From: Neocallimastix sp. 'constans' | Taxonomy: Eukaryota | DNA: 64,000 nt | Assembly: GCA_050613775.1 (NCBI GenBank) | Contig: JBODTK010000011.1 | Coordinates: 1 to 64,000, forward strand | Direction: 5' to 3' | Part shown: piece by piece, positions 1 through 21,435 of the stretch | Numbering within the stretch: position 1 is the stretch's first letter | Layout of the letters: every line of letters starts with the position of its first letter | The notes under the pieces: generated by a model | Database searches by the model: none | Told to the model about the DNA's origin: nothing | What the model saw: only the letters and a program-made list of their open reading frames with translations | Position numbers and translations under genes: made by a program

Positions 1-1750
<1,750 letters not shown>

Positions 1751-2535
1751 ATAATAAATACAATATATATAATATTTATTAGTAATATTCATATATATTA
1801 TTAATTTTTAAATATTATAATATATATAATATATATGAAAATCACTAATAAATATTAAAGTTTAATATATAATTATTACATATAAAAATATAATCAATGC
1901 ATTTATTTTTATTTTATTTTATTTTTTTTTTTTTTTAAATTTTCTGTGTACCTACCTTGGTTACAGCCCCCTGAGGATCAATGAAAGTATTGAGGTAGTC
2001 GCGCATTTCCTTTTTTATAAAGAAAAAGTTATATATATAACTCTTTCAAACTGGGTATTTCAGCGTTTGCGCTCTAACATGTATATTATTACTGAGAATT
2101 TTTACTGGCATTTCTTCTGCAAGTGCTTCTCCAAAATTTCCTCTTGAAACGAGGCCAGTATATATAATGCATTTAAATATATAAATTATTGCGCATAAAT
2201 AATTGCATATAAAGTTTTTAATTATGCATATCATCAATAATACTATACATAATTAATATATGTTTAAAAATATATAAGATTTGTTATGTTATTACCTATT
2301 GCTTTTTTTTTTTTTTTATTTAATTTTTTATATTTATTTATTTATTTGATCTTTAATAATAAATATAAGATTTTAATTATTTATTATTTATTATTTATTA
2401 TTTATTAATAAATACTAAATATTAAGATATTCTCAATTTACTACTAATAATATATATGTATATATAATTTTTTAAAAATTATAAAATAATTAATAATAAA
2501 GATTTGGTAATTAAAAATATAATAAAATTTCAAAC

Positions 2536-2764
2536 ATGGATAATGTTAATTCTTCCTTAGAAATATTTCAAAATTTTAAAGATTTAAACAAACAGTTTGA
2601 CTTTGATTTAAATTCAACAGACTATAATACTAATCATGATTATTATGAATTTAATAATCAATATGAATCAGATGAAGATTTTCAATTTAATAAAAATAAT
2701 CAATATTTAACTCCAAAATTACTTAAAGATAGTAATAATAATAACAGCATTAATGATAATTTAA

Positions 2765-2799
<35 letters not shown>

Positions 2800-4287
2800 T
2801 ATAATAATAATAATAATTATAATAATTATTATAATGTTAATTATTACAATGATAATGATAATAATGATGAAAGAAATTATAATAAAAAAAATAATAATAA
2901 TTATAATAAATATTATTATGATAATAATTTGAATTTGAAACTATATTCTAATAATGATATTGATAATAATGAAAACGAAAATGATTATTCAAATTCAGTT
3001 TTATCAGAATCAAATTATAATACTCTATTAACCCCAACAAGTTCAAAAGATAGCATTCTTTCTCACGATGAATTTTATCAAAATAACTCAGTGGATAATG
3101 AAGAATTTAATCTAAATAATGAGCTTGAAATATATGATTCTAATATTCCTTTAAATTTACCTATTAATAACAAAAATATATTATATACTAGTTCGACAAA
3201 CGATAGCCCTTTTATAAATTCAAAACTCGTTTTATCAGAAAATAATAATAGAGATTATATTCATACCATGAGAAAATATAAATTCTCAAATAAGGCTCGT
3301 TCACCTTCAATGATAGAAAATGACAATAATAAATATTTAAATACTATTAATAAAGATTCTAATATAAGGGATAATTACTATGAAAAAAAAAGCTATTTGA
3401 ATAGTCCATTATCAGAGAGTATATTTACTGACGTTAATGATTCAAGTGAAAATAATTCAAATAATAAATTAATTAATAATATATGTAATATTGATGTTGA
3501 AAATAGAAAAACACCGACTCCTCCTAATCATGAAATATTAAATAAACAAAATGAGATATTTTATTTCAGTCCATTAAATCGTAATTTTCTTGAATCTATA
3601 ACAATTAAAAAACTACAATACAATAATAAGAATAATAATATCAATGAGGACAATAATAATATTAATAATAGTTATAATAATAATAATAATAATAATATTA
3701 ATAATAATATTAATAATAATATTAATAATAATATTAATAATAATATTAATAATAATATTAATAATAATATTAATAATAATATTAATAATAATAATAATAA
3801 TAATAATAGTAATAGTAATAGTTATTTAAATTTGAACCTAGATGAACCAAAAAAAAGGCCAACCTCTTTAGATAATATTTTAAATAAAGAAATTGAATTA
3901 ACAGAAAGAAATAAATTTGGAACAAGAACTTTTGATGAATTGCAATCTTCTGTATTGAAGAAAATACGAAATCAAAATGGGGAAAGAATCACAGAAAAAT
4001 ATGAAAATATGTTACCGAATTCAACAACTTTTATCAATGAAAGATTAACAAAACAAAATAATAAAAGAAATAGTGTATTTTATGGAACAAAACCTTTTAA
4101 ATGTGTACTTTGTAATACTTCATTTAAAAGAAAATATGATTTATTGAGGCATAAGAGAATACATACTGGTGAAAAACCTTTTGTATGTGAAATATGTAAC
4201 AAAAGGTTTAGTCGTTCTGATATATTGAAAAGACATATGAAAAAATCTTCTAAATGTTTATCTCAACGTAAATTAATGAATTGTTAA
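2536..4287 (+). CDS. C2H2 zinc-finger transcription factor with Asn-rich N-terminal region (583 aa, single exon)
   Basis: C-terminal CVLCNTSFKRKYDLLRHKRIH, TGEKPF linker, then CEICNKRFSRSDILKRHMKKSSKC (second finger ends H..C). ATG in AAAC-ATG-G context; uninterrupted ORF. Confidence 0.92.
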
Positions 4288-4707
4288 TATTATCCATTTA
4301 TAAAAACAAGATAAAATGAAATATAATACAGTAAAAGGAAACGAAGGGAAAACGAAACCGAAACTAATAAACAAAAGGGAAAAAAAAAAAAAGAAAGAAA
4401 GAAATTAATCATTTTTAAATCTATTATATTATTTTAATATATATTTATATCGATATCCATAAATATATAAAATATATATATTTATATTTATATTATATTT
4501 ATATTTATATTATTTTATATAAATATATTTAAAATCTTATAAGTAATTTATTTTTTTTATAAAAGTTTTAATGTTATTTTTTTTTAAAAAAAAAAAATTA
4601 CAACATCCTTATTTTTACTATACTTAAATTTTTATTATAATTATTGTTAATAGTATTTTTATTTTACTATTTATTTATTTATTTTGTTAAAAAACAAATA
4701 TATATAT

Positions 4708-4754
<47 letters not shown>

Positions 4755-5318
4755 TTAGATATATATAAAGTGACAGATAATTTTTATTTTTTTATAATTT
4801 AATTTTTATATATATATATATATATTTTTAATATAGATAAAATGACAGGTGGAGAAAAAAAATAATCTATAAGTTTTTAACTTATCAATAATAATTTTTA
4901 TTTTTATAAATATAATAAAATTTAAATACAGACTGTTTTTTTTTTTTTAATTTTCTTTTATTGGAAAAGGCCTTTTTTTATTATTATAAAAAATTAAATT
5001 AAATTAAATTAAATTAAATTAAATTAAATTAAATTAAATTAAATTAATATAATATTTTGATTTAATTAATATCAAATAAAAATTTGTAATATGTAACTAA
5101 TAAACTAATAATCTCATGTATTTCATACGAAAAATTTTATTTTTTATAATTTTTGATGAAAAAGAATTTTTTTAATTTGAAAAATTGAAAATCTAACAAT
5201 AAAACTTAACATATAATTTTATGATATAAATTTCTTTTTACTTTACAAAAAATTTTATTTATCAATGATAAAAAAAAAAAAAAAATAAATTATTTTATTC
5301 CAGAATTATTTTTATTCT

Positions 5319-5366
<48 letters not shown>

Positions 5367-5434
5367 TTTTATTTTATTTTAATTTATTCTATTTTATTTA
5401 TAATTTATTAATAGTTATTTCGATCAATTATAAC

Positions 5435-5465
<31 letters not shown>

Positions 5466-5888
5466 CTTGATGGTTTAACTATGACACCACCTAATAAGAA
5501 AATTAAATGGTCCAGAATTGGCTAAGGGTAATCATGAAAGTTTTTTTTTTTTTTTTTTTTTTATTTATTTATTTTTTTTTTTCTTTCCTTCTTTCTTTCT
5601 TTCTCATAATAAATTCATTTAGTTAAATTAAATGAATTTGAATCTACTGATAGTAATCTGGATTCTAACGCCATGGGTAAAGAAACCCCCTTGTTTACAG
5701 CCAATGAAACTAGGGGATGAAATTTAGGAAAATAAAGAGTTTAAAACATTTCATTCCATTCCATTGCATTTTTTTTTTTTTTTTTTTTATTTTTTTTTAT
5801 TTTTTTTTTTTATTTTATTTTATTTTATAGTTTTTTTTTTATTTTATTTTATTTTTTTTTATTTTTTTTTTATTTTATTTTATTTTAT

Positions 5889-5919
<31 letters not shown>

Positions 5920-6252
5920 GTAATTCAGAGAGTACCAGTAGTATCTCTTTCTCGGGTTTCCTTTCTTCAAGATGTTAACTTTTTTTTTCAATTAATTAAT
6001 GGTGTAAAAAAAAAATATCTCTCTCCCTCTCTTTTTTTTTACTTTTTTTTTTAACTTTTTTAATAAAAATTAAGAATTAGAATGGGTGGTGACAGTAAAT
6101 GTGCTACGACTTGTTTATTAAACCCTAGAAAAAAAAAAAAAAAAAAAAAAAAAAGAGTGAGAGAGAAACATTTTTTACACAATTAATTAATTGAAATAAG
6201 TTAACTTCTTGACGAGAAACATCCTAAGAAAGAGGTGCGACTCTCTGAATTG
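5920..6252. repeat. Imperfect inverted repeat (~100-130 bp arms), MITE/foldback-like
   Basis: AATTCAGAGAG..TCAAGATGTTAACT..TTTCAATTAATTAATGGTGTAAAAAA..TCTCTCTC (5921-6040) mirrors GAGAGAGA..TTTTTTACACAATTAATTAATTGAAATAAGTTAACTTCTTGA..CTCTCTGAATT (6155-6251). Confidence 0.7.
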
Positions 6253-6668
6253 AAAAAATACCATAGAAAAAAAATTTTACGCCTTAAAGCCATTATGAAG
6301 CATTATGCTTCTAAATGAACTGTATGTTGTACATGATGTTCGATATAGGCCGGTAATGTATGTGTAGATCAATACAGATATCAACCACCTGCATGTGTAT
6401 GGGTAATGATCCTAATGAACATGCATATATTGCAACATTGCTTATATGAACACGAGTCTCTTCATTGCTTGATCTGCAAGTATGAATGTGCACATACTAA
6501 TTCTTTCCTCCTGTTCGATATACAATAGATGCTTTGAATTGCATAAAATGATTTTTACACTGACTTTGGTTTTCAAACTTCATCTACATTTTTTTTTTTT
6601 TAAGCTTGGCATGAAACCTTCTATTGAGCAATAAGTTACTCTACATTTCCTGGAATACCTTTCAATGA

Positions 6669-6699
<31 letters not shown>

Positions 6700-6844
6700 G
6701 GATTTGATGTCAATTATTTGCTAAAAGATGAACAGAATGAACAGTAAAAATAAAATTAATTATAAGGGTAACTCTTTCTTTTAAGATTTTTTTTTTTTTT
6801 TTTTGTATGTTTTTTAGTATGTTTTTTTGTATGTTTTTTGGTAT

Positions 6845-6881
<37 letters not shown>

Positions 6882-8261
6882 TAATAGAAACGTACCTTTC
6901 TACTTTAAAAACTCCCCTATTCTCGTCTCTTTCATTCAAAAGTTAGATTCTTTAAGCTATCACTTTATTTAAGGATCTAATAGAAAAAAAAATTGAAAAA
7001 AGTTTAGGTTGCTTTTTAATTAAAGGTTTGTTTTTAATCAATTTTTTTTTGGATAGGGGTTTATAAAAAAAAAAAAAAAAAAAAAAAGGACCTCCCCTCT
7101 CTCAATTCTACAACTATTTATAGTTATAAATAATATAACTAAGGAACTATTTATTCCCTCCTATAGCTAGCTGTTTTTTTTTTATTATTATACCTAAATG
7201 ACAATTCGATCCTCTGAAAAAAAGTGGAAAGGAATATTATGTCTTATGCCTTCTGTCTTCTGGTATTATATCTCATTTAGTTAAAAAATAAAAAAAAAAA
7301 TATATACATATATATATATATAGCAACACCTTCACATTGTTCATGAACTAAAAAAAAAAAAAAATAAAATAAAATAAAATAAAAAAAAAATAAAACAAAC
7401 AAGAAATATTTGTAAGGTACATGGTGTTGATGTTCATTATTAAAACTGAAGACTTCATTGTACATTAATTCTAAAAAGTACTGAAATTGAAAAATTATTT
7501 TCTATTTCTTAATTTACCATTATTATCATCATTATTACTATATAATTTCAAATTCAAATTATTATCCTAGCCATTATTATATTTATTATTATATTTATTG
7601 TTATATTTTTTATTATATTTATTATAATAATTATTATAATTATTATTTATTATTTTTATTATATTAATTATTACCATAATTATTACTTATATTATTATTG
7701 GCGTTGTTATAACCATTTCTAATGTAATTTTTGAGTTAACTATTAATTATTTTCATTAAACTGAAAAAACATCTAATCTATAGTTTTCACATTGTTTATT
7801 AAATTCATAATTATTATTATTAAATATTATGGACTGCTGAATCCAGCACCAAAGTCAAACCCTTTTAAATTATTAAAAATTTTACAAATAGTTTTTAAAG
7901 ATGAATTTTATATTTTCCAATTTTTAAATTTTTATTATATATATATATATATATATTTTTTTTTTTTTGTACTAAAATTTAATAATTAGATTTAGTTTTG
8001 AATTAGGTTAGAATGATTAAAACTGGGGATAGTTCATTTCTGCAATATTGTACATTTCCAGCGTGGCTTAAAAATATTTTATAATAGAGCCATACATTTT
8101 TAAGATATTCTATACAATCATAAATAAATTTATAAAAAATTAAATAATTAAATATATAATTAAATAAATAAAAAAAAATGTAATAAACATACTTAAACAT
8201 ATATGCATATATTTAATTAATTAATAATATACCTGTTTATATTTTAATAAACTATTTTAAA

Positions 8262-8405
8262 AAATACGTAATTATGAACAATTAATGTTAAATGACATAC
8301 AAATACAGTGATATAGTTTTAGCATATATATTGATATAAACGATATAGGTTGTTTGATTGTATTTGTATGCCATTTAACATTAATTGTTCATAATTAACG
8401 TATTT
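8262..8405. repeat. Near-perfect hairpin, ~43-bp arms with ~50-bp loop
   Basis: TACGTAATTATGAACAATTAATGTTAAATGACATACAAATACA (8265-8307) vs TGTATTTGTATGCCATTTAACATTAATTGTTCATAATTAACGTA (8359-8402): one mismatch and one indel. Confidence 0.85.
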
Positions 8406-8569
8406 AAATATATTTTTCTTTATTGTTTAATTATATATTTAATTAAATATATATATATATATATATTTAATTATAAATATTTTATGTATTGGTTATAAGG
8501 TTACATTAATATAATGAATAAGAAATAATATTAATTAAAATTTATAATTAAATTTATTAACAAAAAATC

Positions 8570-9250
8570 TTAAAAAATTGAATTTAGTGAAACTAAATAG
8601 AGGAAAAGAACATGTTATTATTAATATAAAAATTAAAATTTAATTTTTCAACTTTTAAGAAAAATAATTCAAAAGTATATAGATGCACTGAATATAGAAC
8701 AAAAAAACATAAAAAAATAAATTTAAATCTTTTATTATTTTAAACAATAAGAAGAAGCTTCCTAAAGTTATGAAGATTTACATAATCATCTTGAAAAAGA
8801 GTGAGATGCATCTATATCAATATCAAAACATAAAATTAAAAGAAGAAATAAAAAAAAAAGTTCTACCTCTTTTGATATAAGACCAAAGCAAATATTTAAT
8901 GAAAATTCTAAAGAAGTGGGTTTTTTTTTGTGTCCTGAATATGATATAATAAGATTTCAAATAACAAGAAATCTAAAAAAAAAAAAAAAAATTACCTCCA
9001 GACGTAACAACAATTAAATACAATTCTCGAATGAATCAAAATATTATAAAACAGAAAGAAATGAAAATTTTTATGCTATTCAAAAAATTCTAATATTATT
9101 ATTATTTTTCAGTCATTATCCCAATCAAAATTATTTATACAATATAATATAGATTTTTTTTTTGCCGATGGTACATTTAAAATTTCACAAAAATGTGATT
9201 ATCAAGTGTTCATTACTAGAACTTCTGTTTAAGGAATTAAATAGTTTTTT
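8570..9250 (+). pseudogene. Degenerate MULE (Mutator-like) transposase, paralogous to 23594-25009
   Basis: Frameshifted blocks read GKEHVIIN, SKVYRCTEY, SFIILNN, YEDLHNH, FDIRPKQIFNE, CPEY, NESKYYKTERNEN, ADGTF, YQVFITRT. They are collinear with the 402-aa ORF at 23801-25009. Confidence 0.85.
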
Positions 9251-10423
9251 TCTTTTTTACATTTTATAAAAAATTATTCTTACAATTGAATATTAATAAA
9301 TTATAAAAAAAAAAGAATATTCTTAATAAATATTAAAACATTCTAATAAAAAAAAAAAATGGTTTTTTGTGGTTCATATACATTATTAATAAATAGTAAT
9401 TATTTGTTTAATTTAATATATTTAATATTGAAATAAAATTTTAAAAGGGTTAAAAGTTTTTATATTATAAATCTAGTGCATTTCGCAGTGATGTATTTCA
9501 CAACGTGAAGTATTTTTATACGTGGCTTGTTTTTTAATTATTAAATAAATAATTAAATAAATAATAATTAAATAAATAATTAAATAAATAATAATTAAAT
9601 AAATAATAAATATTCTTTTTTTTTTTTTTATATATAATTTATTAATATTCAATTGTAAAAATAATTTTTTATATAGAAAATAATTTTTTATAATTGTTTA
9701 ACGGCCAGCATTTTTAATTTTTTTTTTTTTTTTTTAAATAATTATAAAAAAAAATTAACCCATTTATATTTATTTCAAGTTTTATTTATTGATTTCAATA
9801 AGTTAATAGGGATTTCTAATTTATTTAATATCTGTTTTGATATGTATTAAAGATGTTTTTAATATCAAAATCCAGATCTAGTTCTTCTAATTTTTTTTTT
9901 AATGAGCCTTCCATTCAATTCTTAATTAAAAAAAGTATTATTGTTTAGTAAATAAAATGTTTACATTTTTCGAAATACATCACATTCATTTAATATATAT
10001 TTTTTTTGTTTAGTTTTGAATACTTTTTTCGTTTACTTGCAAATAAAGAAAATAAAAGAATTATTATCATATTATTTTAGGATTTTATTATTAAAAATAT
10101 TTTTAAAAAAAGAAAGAATTATTAGTAAATATATTGTTATAAAGTCAACAAACAACAATAAAAATATATTTGTATATTATTAATTATATAATTAGTGAGA
10201 AAAAAAAATATTGTAATCAATATAATTTTTATATATATAATTTCCTTTTTTTTTTTTTTTTTTTTGAAAGAGAATACTCTGAAAATGAAATAATATAAAA
10301 ATATATAGATATTAAAAATAATATTAGAACAATAAAAAGAATTATTATTAGCAACACCATTGAATATTTTAATAATAATAATTGTGTAATTAGTAATTGC
10401 TTAGTTCCCAAAAAAAAGCAAGA

Positions 10424-10517
10424 TGTGGCGCATATCAAACCAAAATGGGGGCGTGTGGCTCGTAAACCGGAAACTACTCATGATTATGGCGAGAGAGTTC
10501 AACTAATAATAATAATG

Positions 10518-10613
<96 letters not shown>

Positions 10614-10730
10614 GTGGGGGTTGTGAATTTTGCTTTTCTTGATAAACAAGCAGATGGAAGAGTTGAAAAAACCTTGCTACTTAGTAGTCTAGTAATCAGC
10701 AATAACAAATAACATCTAGGTTAGACGCAA

Positions 10731-10761
<31 letters not shown>

Positions 10762-12490
10762 TAAAATGAAAAAAAAAAGATTCTCAAAGATTGAAGCTGA
10801 GAAAGACAACTTCATACCAGCTGTGGAGAAATGGTTTGATGAAATTGAAAAGAGAGTAGCAGACGATGAGACTTGCCGTCAGGCTAGTGCAGCTGAACTT
10901 TGTTGGGTTGAAGAACTAGATTCTTATAAACAGGGTGGAAGGCCTCAAGGAAAAGGCAAAGAAGGCAGCCCGTAGAACATGAAATCTAAAAGAATCGAAA
11001 CAGACCTGGATGAGGACCAGGAAGAAGAAAAGAAAGAAATTCTAGAAGAAAAGGATCAAGAAATTAATATGTTTGAAGTATTCATGGATGAGAACCAAGA
11101 GAAGGAAAAGATGTACCGAAAGGAATAAAAGATTGATTGAAAAAAAAAAAAATTAATTGGGGTAAATCAAACCCAACTAAAAAAAAAAAAAAAAAAAGAA
11201 ATTAAAAAATTGGGAACAATTAGCATGGGGGAACTCAGGAGAATGGGCAAAAAAGGTCGACGAGTAAAACCTATTCCATTTCATATTAATATAGGAAGGT
11301 ACCCCCCTGAAGAAGCTGTACCAACCAACTCCACAAACGTTCCTGAAAAAAAAAAAAAAAAAAACACAATCGAAGATGGTATGTGATGACTGATGCGTAC
11401 CCTGCGAAGTATGAAAAGAGACATTCCAATGTTCAATAGTGAAACAGGGGATGTAGAATCGTTTTATAAATAGAGTGAACCGATACTTTGGTTAACACCA
11501 GAGATTACCACCAAGCTGAACCTACTGCCATGCTATATTTATATTTCCATTTGAAGACCACTTGCAAGGGAACTACTAAAAAGTGGTACCAAATAGACGA
11601 GGTTTTTTTTTCAAACAACTTGATGATCCGCAACCATAAAGATGAATGGAGTAGTTGAAGCAAGGATTTATAAGTGAGAGAACTCTAGAAGAGGTAAAGA
11701 CCGCCATGCAAAAACTTAGACATGAAGGGGGGGAAGGCCTATGAATACCTCACTGAGTTCAATAGATTAAGCAGCATTGTGCAGCTCACTGATGAGACGA
11801 AGGGATGGTTGATAATCCATCAATTGATACCTTCAGTTAGGGATGCTTGTTATGACTTACCCCACTGAGAAGCAAACACTAGATGGTTATATTGAATGTT
11901 TAAGGAGGTGCAATACCTTCCTAATTGAATTATAAAGACGAATTCTTGGAAAGATACGAGTATAGCTGTAAGTGGAAGATACCCAGTATGGCTTTGTTAG
12001 GTATGATGGATCCAAAAAGACCCTCCAATGATATTGAAGACAAAAAGAAGGAGGAACAATGACAACTGTCCAGGTATGGGAAGAGCTGTATTACAAGTTT
12101 TTAGCAGAATTCCTCTATAATAATTCCATCGGTACGTCCACACAACAGCCTCTATTCCTCATGCTGTATAATTACCAAGTAAATAACTCACCTAAGACGG
12201 CAGACTTGGAACATTCTTTTGGAGAAACAAAAATAATTAATAGTTTTATCCATAATCTAGAAAACTTAAAAGTATATCCTAGAAGTCTCCCAAACTAGAT
12301 ACTTAGACAACATAGATTAAATTGTATGGATAATTTCCCTAGGAACAGATTATTAAACAAGGTATGGTTAAAGAAACAGAAGAACTACGACGCTCTACCT
12401 TTTTATAAGTTATTTACCTGAAAATATGGACCTTTTTAAAGTAATTGGAGTAGATGAAATGAAAAAAAAATTATAGACTAGATATAAAAA
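10424..12490 (+). mobile_element. Degenerate Ty3/gypsy-like LTR retrotransposon remnant (gag region and integrase C-terminal fragment)
   Basis: GC-richer broken coding sequence. Gag-like LRSMKRDIPMFNSETGDVESF at ~11400 and EYLTEFNRLS at ~11745; integrase-tail-like KYGPF/KVIG..NYRLDI at ~12420-12490. Many stops and frameshifts. Confidence 0.6.
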
Positions 12491-12599
12491 TTGTGAACTT
12501 TGAACAGTTAACAATTACTTAGTTACTTACATAAAATTATGGTTTGGTTTCGTACAATATATGGCGAGATACAGTAGGTTCCCTATTATACTTCGGTAT

Positions 12600-13560
12600 T
12601 TTGTTTCGTCTATTTTTACCTTTCTCAAACTCTCATTTTCTAGATCATATTTCTAATTGGCTTACAGTTAATTATATTATGTTTGACTAATAAATCTTTT
12701 TTATATATAATATCTAGATTGATTTAAAAAGTAACCATTGTTATGCTTGATGAATTTTATACCAATTATATAATCTACATTACCTATTTCTTTGATTTTG
12801 AATCCCTTTCTAATTAGATATTTTTATTTTTTCTATAACAATTTTTGTCCCAGCTATTAATATGTCATCAACATAAACAGCAAGTATAGATTGTAGTTTG
12901 TCATAATAATTACACTTTATGTATAGGCAAGGTTCAGAGATTAATCTTTTATATCCTATTTTAATGAGATAATTGTTAAGTTCGTCGTTCCATTTAGCAC
13001 CACTTTGTTTTAGACCGTAAATGGCTTTATTCAATTTCCAATATTTTCTATTATAATCTTTATATGTCCTTTTGGAGGTTTCATAAATAAGTCTTCGTTT
13101 AAACCAGCATTTAAATATGTTGCGTTTATATCTATTTGTTCTATATTGAAATTGTAATGTGCAGATATTGGAGTATTAATACCATTGCACCCGGTGGAAT
13201 GGTATTAACTGATTCATATATGTTTAAATCTTTCATGTTGTTGAGTTCATTATTTACTGATTGAACCAGTTAAAAAATAGATCAAAAGTGTTGTTTTTAT
13301 TCTTAAGGAAAAGTATCCAGACATATCAGGAAAAATCATCCAAAATAGTGAAGAAATATTTTGAACCGTAAATTGAATTTGGTATTGGACCAATCATATC
13401 CATGTGAATTAGTTCAAAAATAGCTTTTGATTTATTGATTGATGAATAGAATGGTTTATCTTTTGATTTAGAATTTGCACAAAGTGGACATTGGTTTGTT
13501 GTTTGAAGGGTTATAGTTATATTTTCTTTCTTTGCTTTTGTTAAATTTATTTTTACCATA
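12600..13560 (-). mobile_element. Ty1/copia pol fragments (integrase start and RT), internally deleted
   Basis: ORF 13326-13559 has CPLC..FELIHMDMIGP..YFFTILDDFS. ORF 12810-13034 has KAIYGLKQSG..W..EPCLY..AVYVDDIL. Confidence 0.88.
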
Positions 13561-13782
13561 CCTTATAGTTTTATTTTTTTTATTATTGAAACACTCTTTT
13601 TGATAATGAAAAGAGTGTACAAACATGATCAGGGACTACATACCTGTAGCTTGAGCTCTTGATTCTATGAAGAACCTAAAATTCATTTCTTTCGGAACTC
13701 GTTCTCAGAATTTCTACCCATATCATGGATACCAATCGAGGATTTTATTCTTTACTATAAAATTATTAATAAAAAAAATAAT

Positions 13783-13835
<53 letters not shown>

Positions 13836-14865
13836 ACATAAATATTAATCTATTTTAATGATTTATCGACATGAACATGAATAATTTTACGTATTGATTA
13901 GAGAGTTCTATTTATTATTAAAACTATTTTTTTTATAAAAAAATTTATATAATATCATCATTTAGAATTCATTTAATGAGTATTAAAAAAAGAAATAATT
14001 ATTAAATTTAATATTATTATATAAAAAATTTATTATAAAATATAAAATACTAAAAAAATTTGTTTTGTTACATATTTTTAATATAATTTCTTTAATTATT
14101 TAAACATTATTATTATATTAAATTTTTGTTAATTAAATATTTAACACTTTAAAAATTAGAAATGAATATATTTATTATTTTATAATTTTACAAAAAAATA
14201 TATAATTATTTTCTTTAGTAGTCTTTCATTATTAGTATTAAATAATATTGTAATGACAGATTCTTTAATTGAATAAAATCTTTCTTAACGAAAAAAAAAT
14301 AAAAATTAATAAATAATAAAATAATAAATAATAAATAATAGAATAATAAAATAATAAAATAATCATCATTATTATTATACTATTAACTTTTACATTCAGA
14401 CATAAAAATTAAAAGTTTTTAATTTTTAAAAAGAAAAATTAAAATAAATTTTTTATTTTTGTGTAACAAATTTGTTGCCTGTGTAACATATTTTAATATA
14501 ATTTTTTAATTATTTAAACATTATTATTATATTTTATTATTAATTATAATTCTGGACTGTTTTAAAAATTTAAATTAAAAGAATATTCTTTTAATCTAAA
14601 TATTTTTTCTTTTTTTTTAATTAGGAAATAGTTTATTTTTTATTTTTATTATTTAAAGGAAATGATTTCTTTTTAGTTTTTTTTTTTTTTTACAAAGAAA
14701 AAAAAAAATTTATTAATTGAAAAAGAACAAATTTTAAACGTTATTTATATAGATATATATAAAAAAAAAAAAAAATAAATAAATAAAATCATATATATAA
14801 AAATATTTTAATAGAATAGTGTTTATTAAAAATAATTTGTAAAGAAAAAAAAAAAAAAAAAAAAA

Positions 14866-19519
<4,654 letters not shown>

Positions 19520-20039
19520 ACTATTAAAAATTTACACTGATTGTAACGAACATGATGAATTATGGACAAAAATCATTAAGAAGTAATTTAAAAAAAAAAA
19601 AAAAAAAAAAATAAATAAGAAACAAAAAATAAAAAATAGAAAATACAATTTAATATAAAATAACGATTAAGAATTACAAAATAATAATTAAAAGTAAAAA
19701 ATAAAAATAAAATTAAAAATTAAAAATCAATAATTATCAGTAAAATAATAATATTAAATTAAAATACGATAAAAATAAAATAAAGTAAAATTATAAAAAA
19801 AAAAAAAAAATTAATTAAAATTCAATAAAAATAAAATAGAGTAAAATTATTAAAAAAAAAAAATTAATTAATAAAAACTATTAATTCTAATAATAATATA
19901 ATTAAAATACGAATATTATCGGATGAAAGACCCTTAAGTTAGTAATTTATAATATATAACTTGGTCAGTAATTCAACTTTCTCAATGTGGATGAGAAAGT
20001 TTTATTATAGGCCATTCCATAATTCTGTATTTTTGTTTA

Positions 20040-21425
20040 AATCCTATCACAACTAATCTGTTCTTTTATTTATTGTGTTATCTGAATTATATTTATTTAA
20101 ATACCCGCTTTACAGAGATTAAATTTGTGTTCATTAGGATCTTTGTAATAAACTCACTTTTAAATTTTTTATATTCATTAATTCGTCGTTTACTGTTTGT
20201 AACCGTTTTTCCTTATCTTTTTTTATTATTTATGTCTCCGTAATTATATGGTTCTCCTAAGTTTTCTGCTGGTATAAGTGAATCGCTTTGAATATTATTC
20301 TTAAAGCTCTTCATTTCTTTTGGTTTTCTTTTGATTTTACCTGTCTCTTTAGGTTTCTTTGTTACTTTCACTACTATCTTGATTAATATTATGGTAATTA
20401 TTATTTAAATTTATTTCTTCAGAGAAATTTTGTTTACTTGTGTTACTGTTTACCTCCTTATTTACTGTAGAAGTGTCATTTAAGTTGCTTCCTTGGCCAC
20501 TTTTTCTTATTTTTGTGTTTAATTCAATACGTTCATTTTTATCATTGTTTACTTATATCACCTTCTGTAATATTTATTGTATGAACATCTACTTTATTTT
20601 TGTACTATTTAATTTTAATTTTAAACTATTTTGAATTTGATTCTGTAATTTTTGTAATATCAATATTATTTATGTCGTTATTTAGAATATTAGATTTTAA
20701 ATTTTTATCACGTTGTTTTTATTATTCATGACATTTTCTAACGTACTTTTATCTTTTTTGTTTGTATTATTTAAGTTTTCTTTATTTTCTTTAATATTTA
20801 AATGTTTATTTATATTTAAATCTTTGTTAACATTTTTAAATTTTAAATTTTTATTTGAATTAAATAACTTTACCAACTTTTATATTATCTCGAATTCTTC
20901 CACAAACATGCGTTTCTGTATTACAATTATTGTTTAAACTGGCTTTTATATTTGAAAATTGACTAAATGGATTTTGATCGTAGATGTAATTAGAATTTAA
21001 ATTTAAATTAATAAAATTTTTTTCCATTATAATTAATATTTTTATTTATATGTAATCACTATATTCATTTCAAAAATAATTATTTTTTTTTCATTTTAAC
21101 TGTTATTATTTTTATTTAAATAATTTAAATTATAAAAATCAGGACTTTGTAAATTTGAATTTCAAATGTGGTCATTTATGCTTTAATTAAGAGGGTAATT
21201 ATTGTATTAAAATTCTTGTGAATCGTAATATAAGTTATTTGTTCTTGCTATTATCGTACATTAATTCTTTCTCAAAAAAAAAAAAACTTTGCTCTGGAAG
21301 CGATCGACTTTGTGAATACCTTCACTTTGTTTGGACTATATACTACTAGAACTAAATTCTTATCATTATGTCTATAGAATACTGTTTTATATCCCTGTTC
21401 ACTTAAGTTATCTATAGACAGTTTA
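20040..21425 (-). mobile_element. Highly degenerate copia pol fragments
   Basis: Minus strand reads GEPYNYGDINNKKDKEKRLQTVNDEL (pre-RT motif, ~20180-20260) and KRNKLSIDNLSEQGYKTVFY (post-protease region, ~21370-21435), with an Asn/Lys-rich linker between. Confidence 0.6.
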
Positions 21426-21435
21426 TTTCTTTTAA

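Noticed and set aside
6290..6600. GC-richer stretch with a 60-aa minus-strand ORF as a gene
   Set aside because: No recognisable motif, in-frame stops nearby and no clear splice structure.
10425..10712. Poly-Ile, poly-Phe and similar short ORFs (also 1577-1792, 3644-3829, 5764-6054, 13667-13858, 18100-18312)
   Set aside because: Translations of (AAT)n, poly-T or minisatellite tracts.
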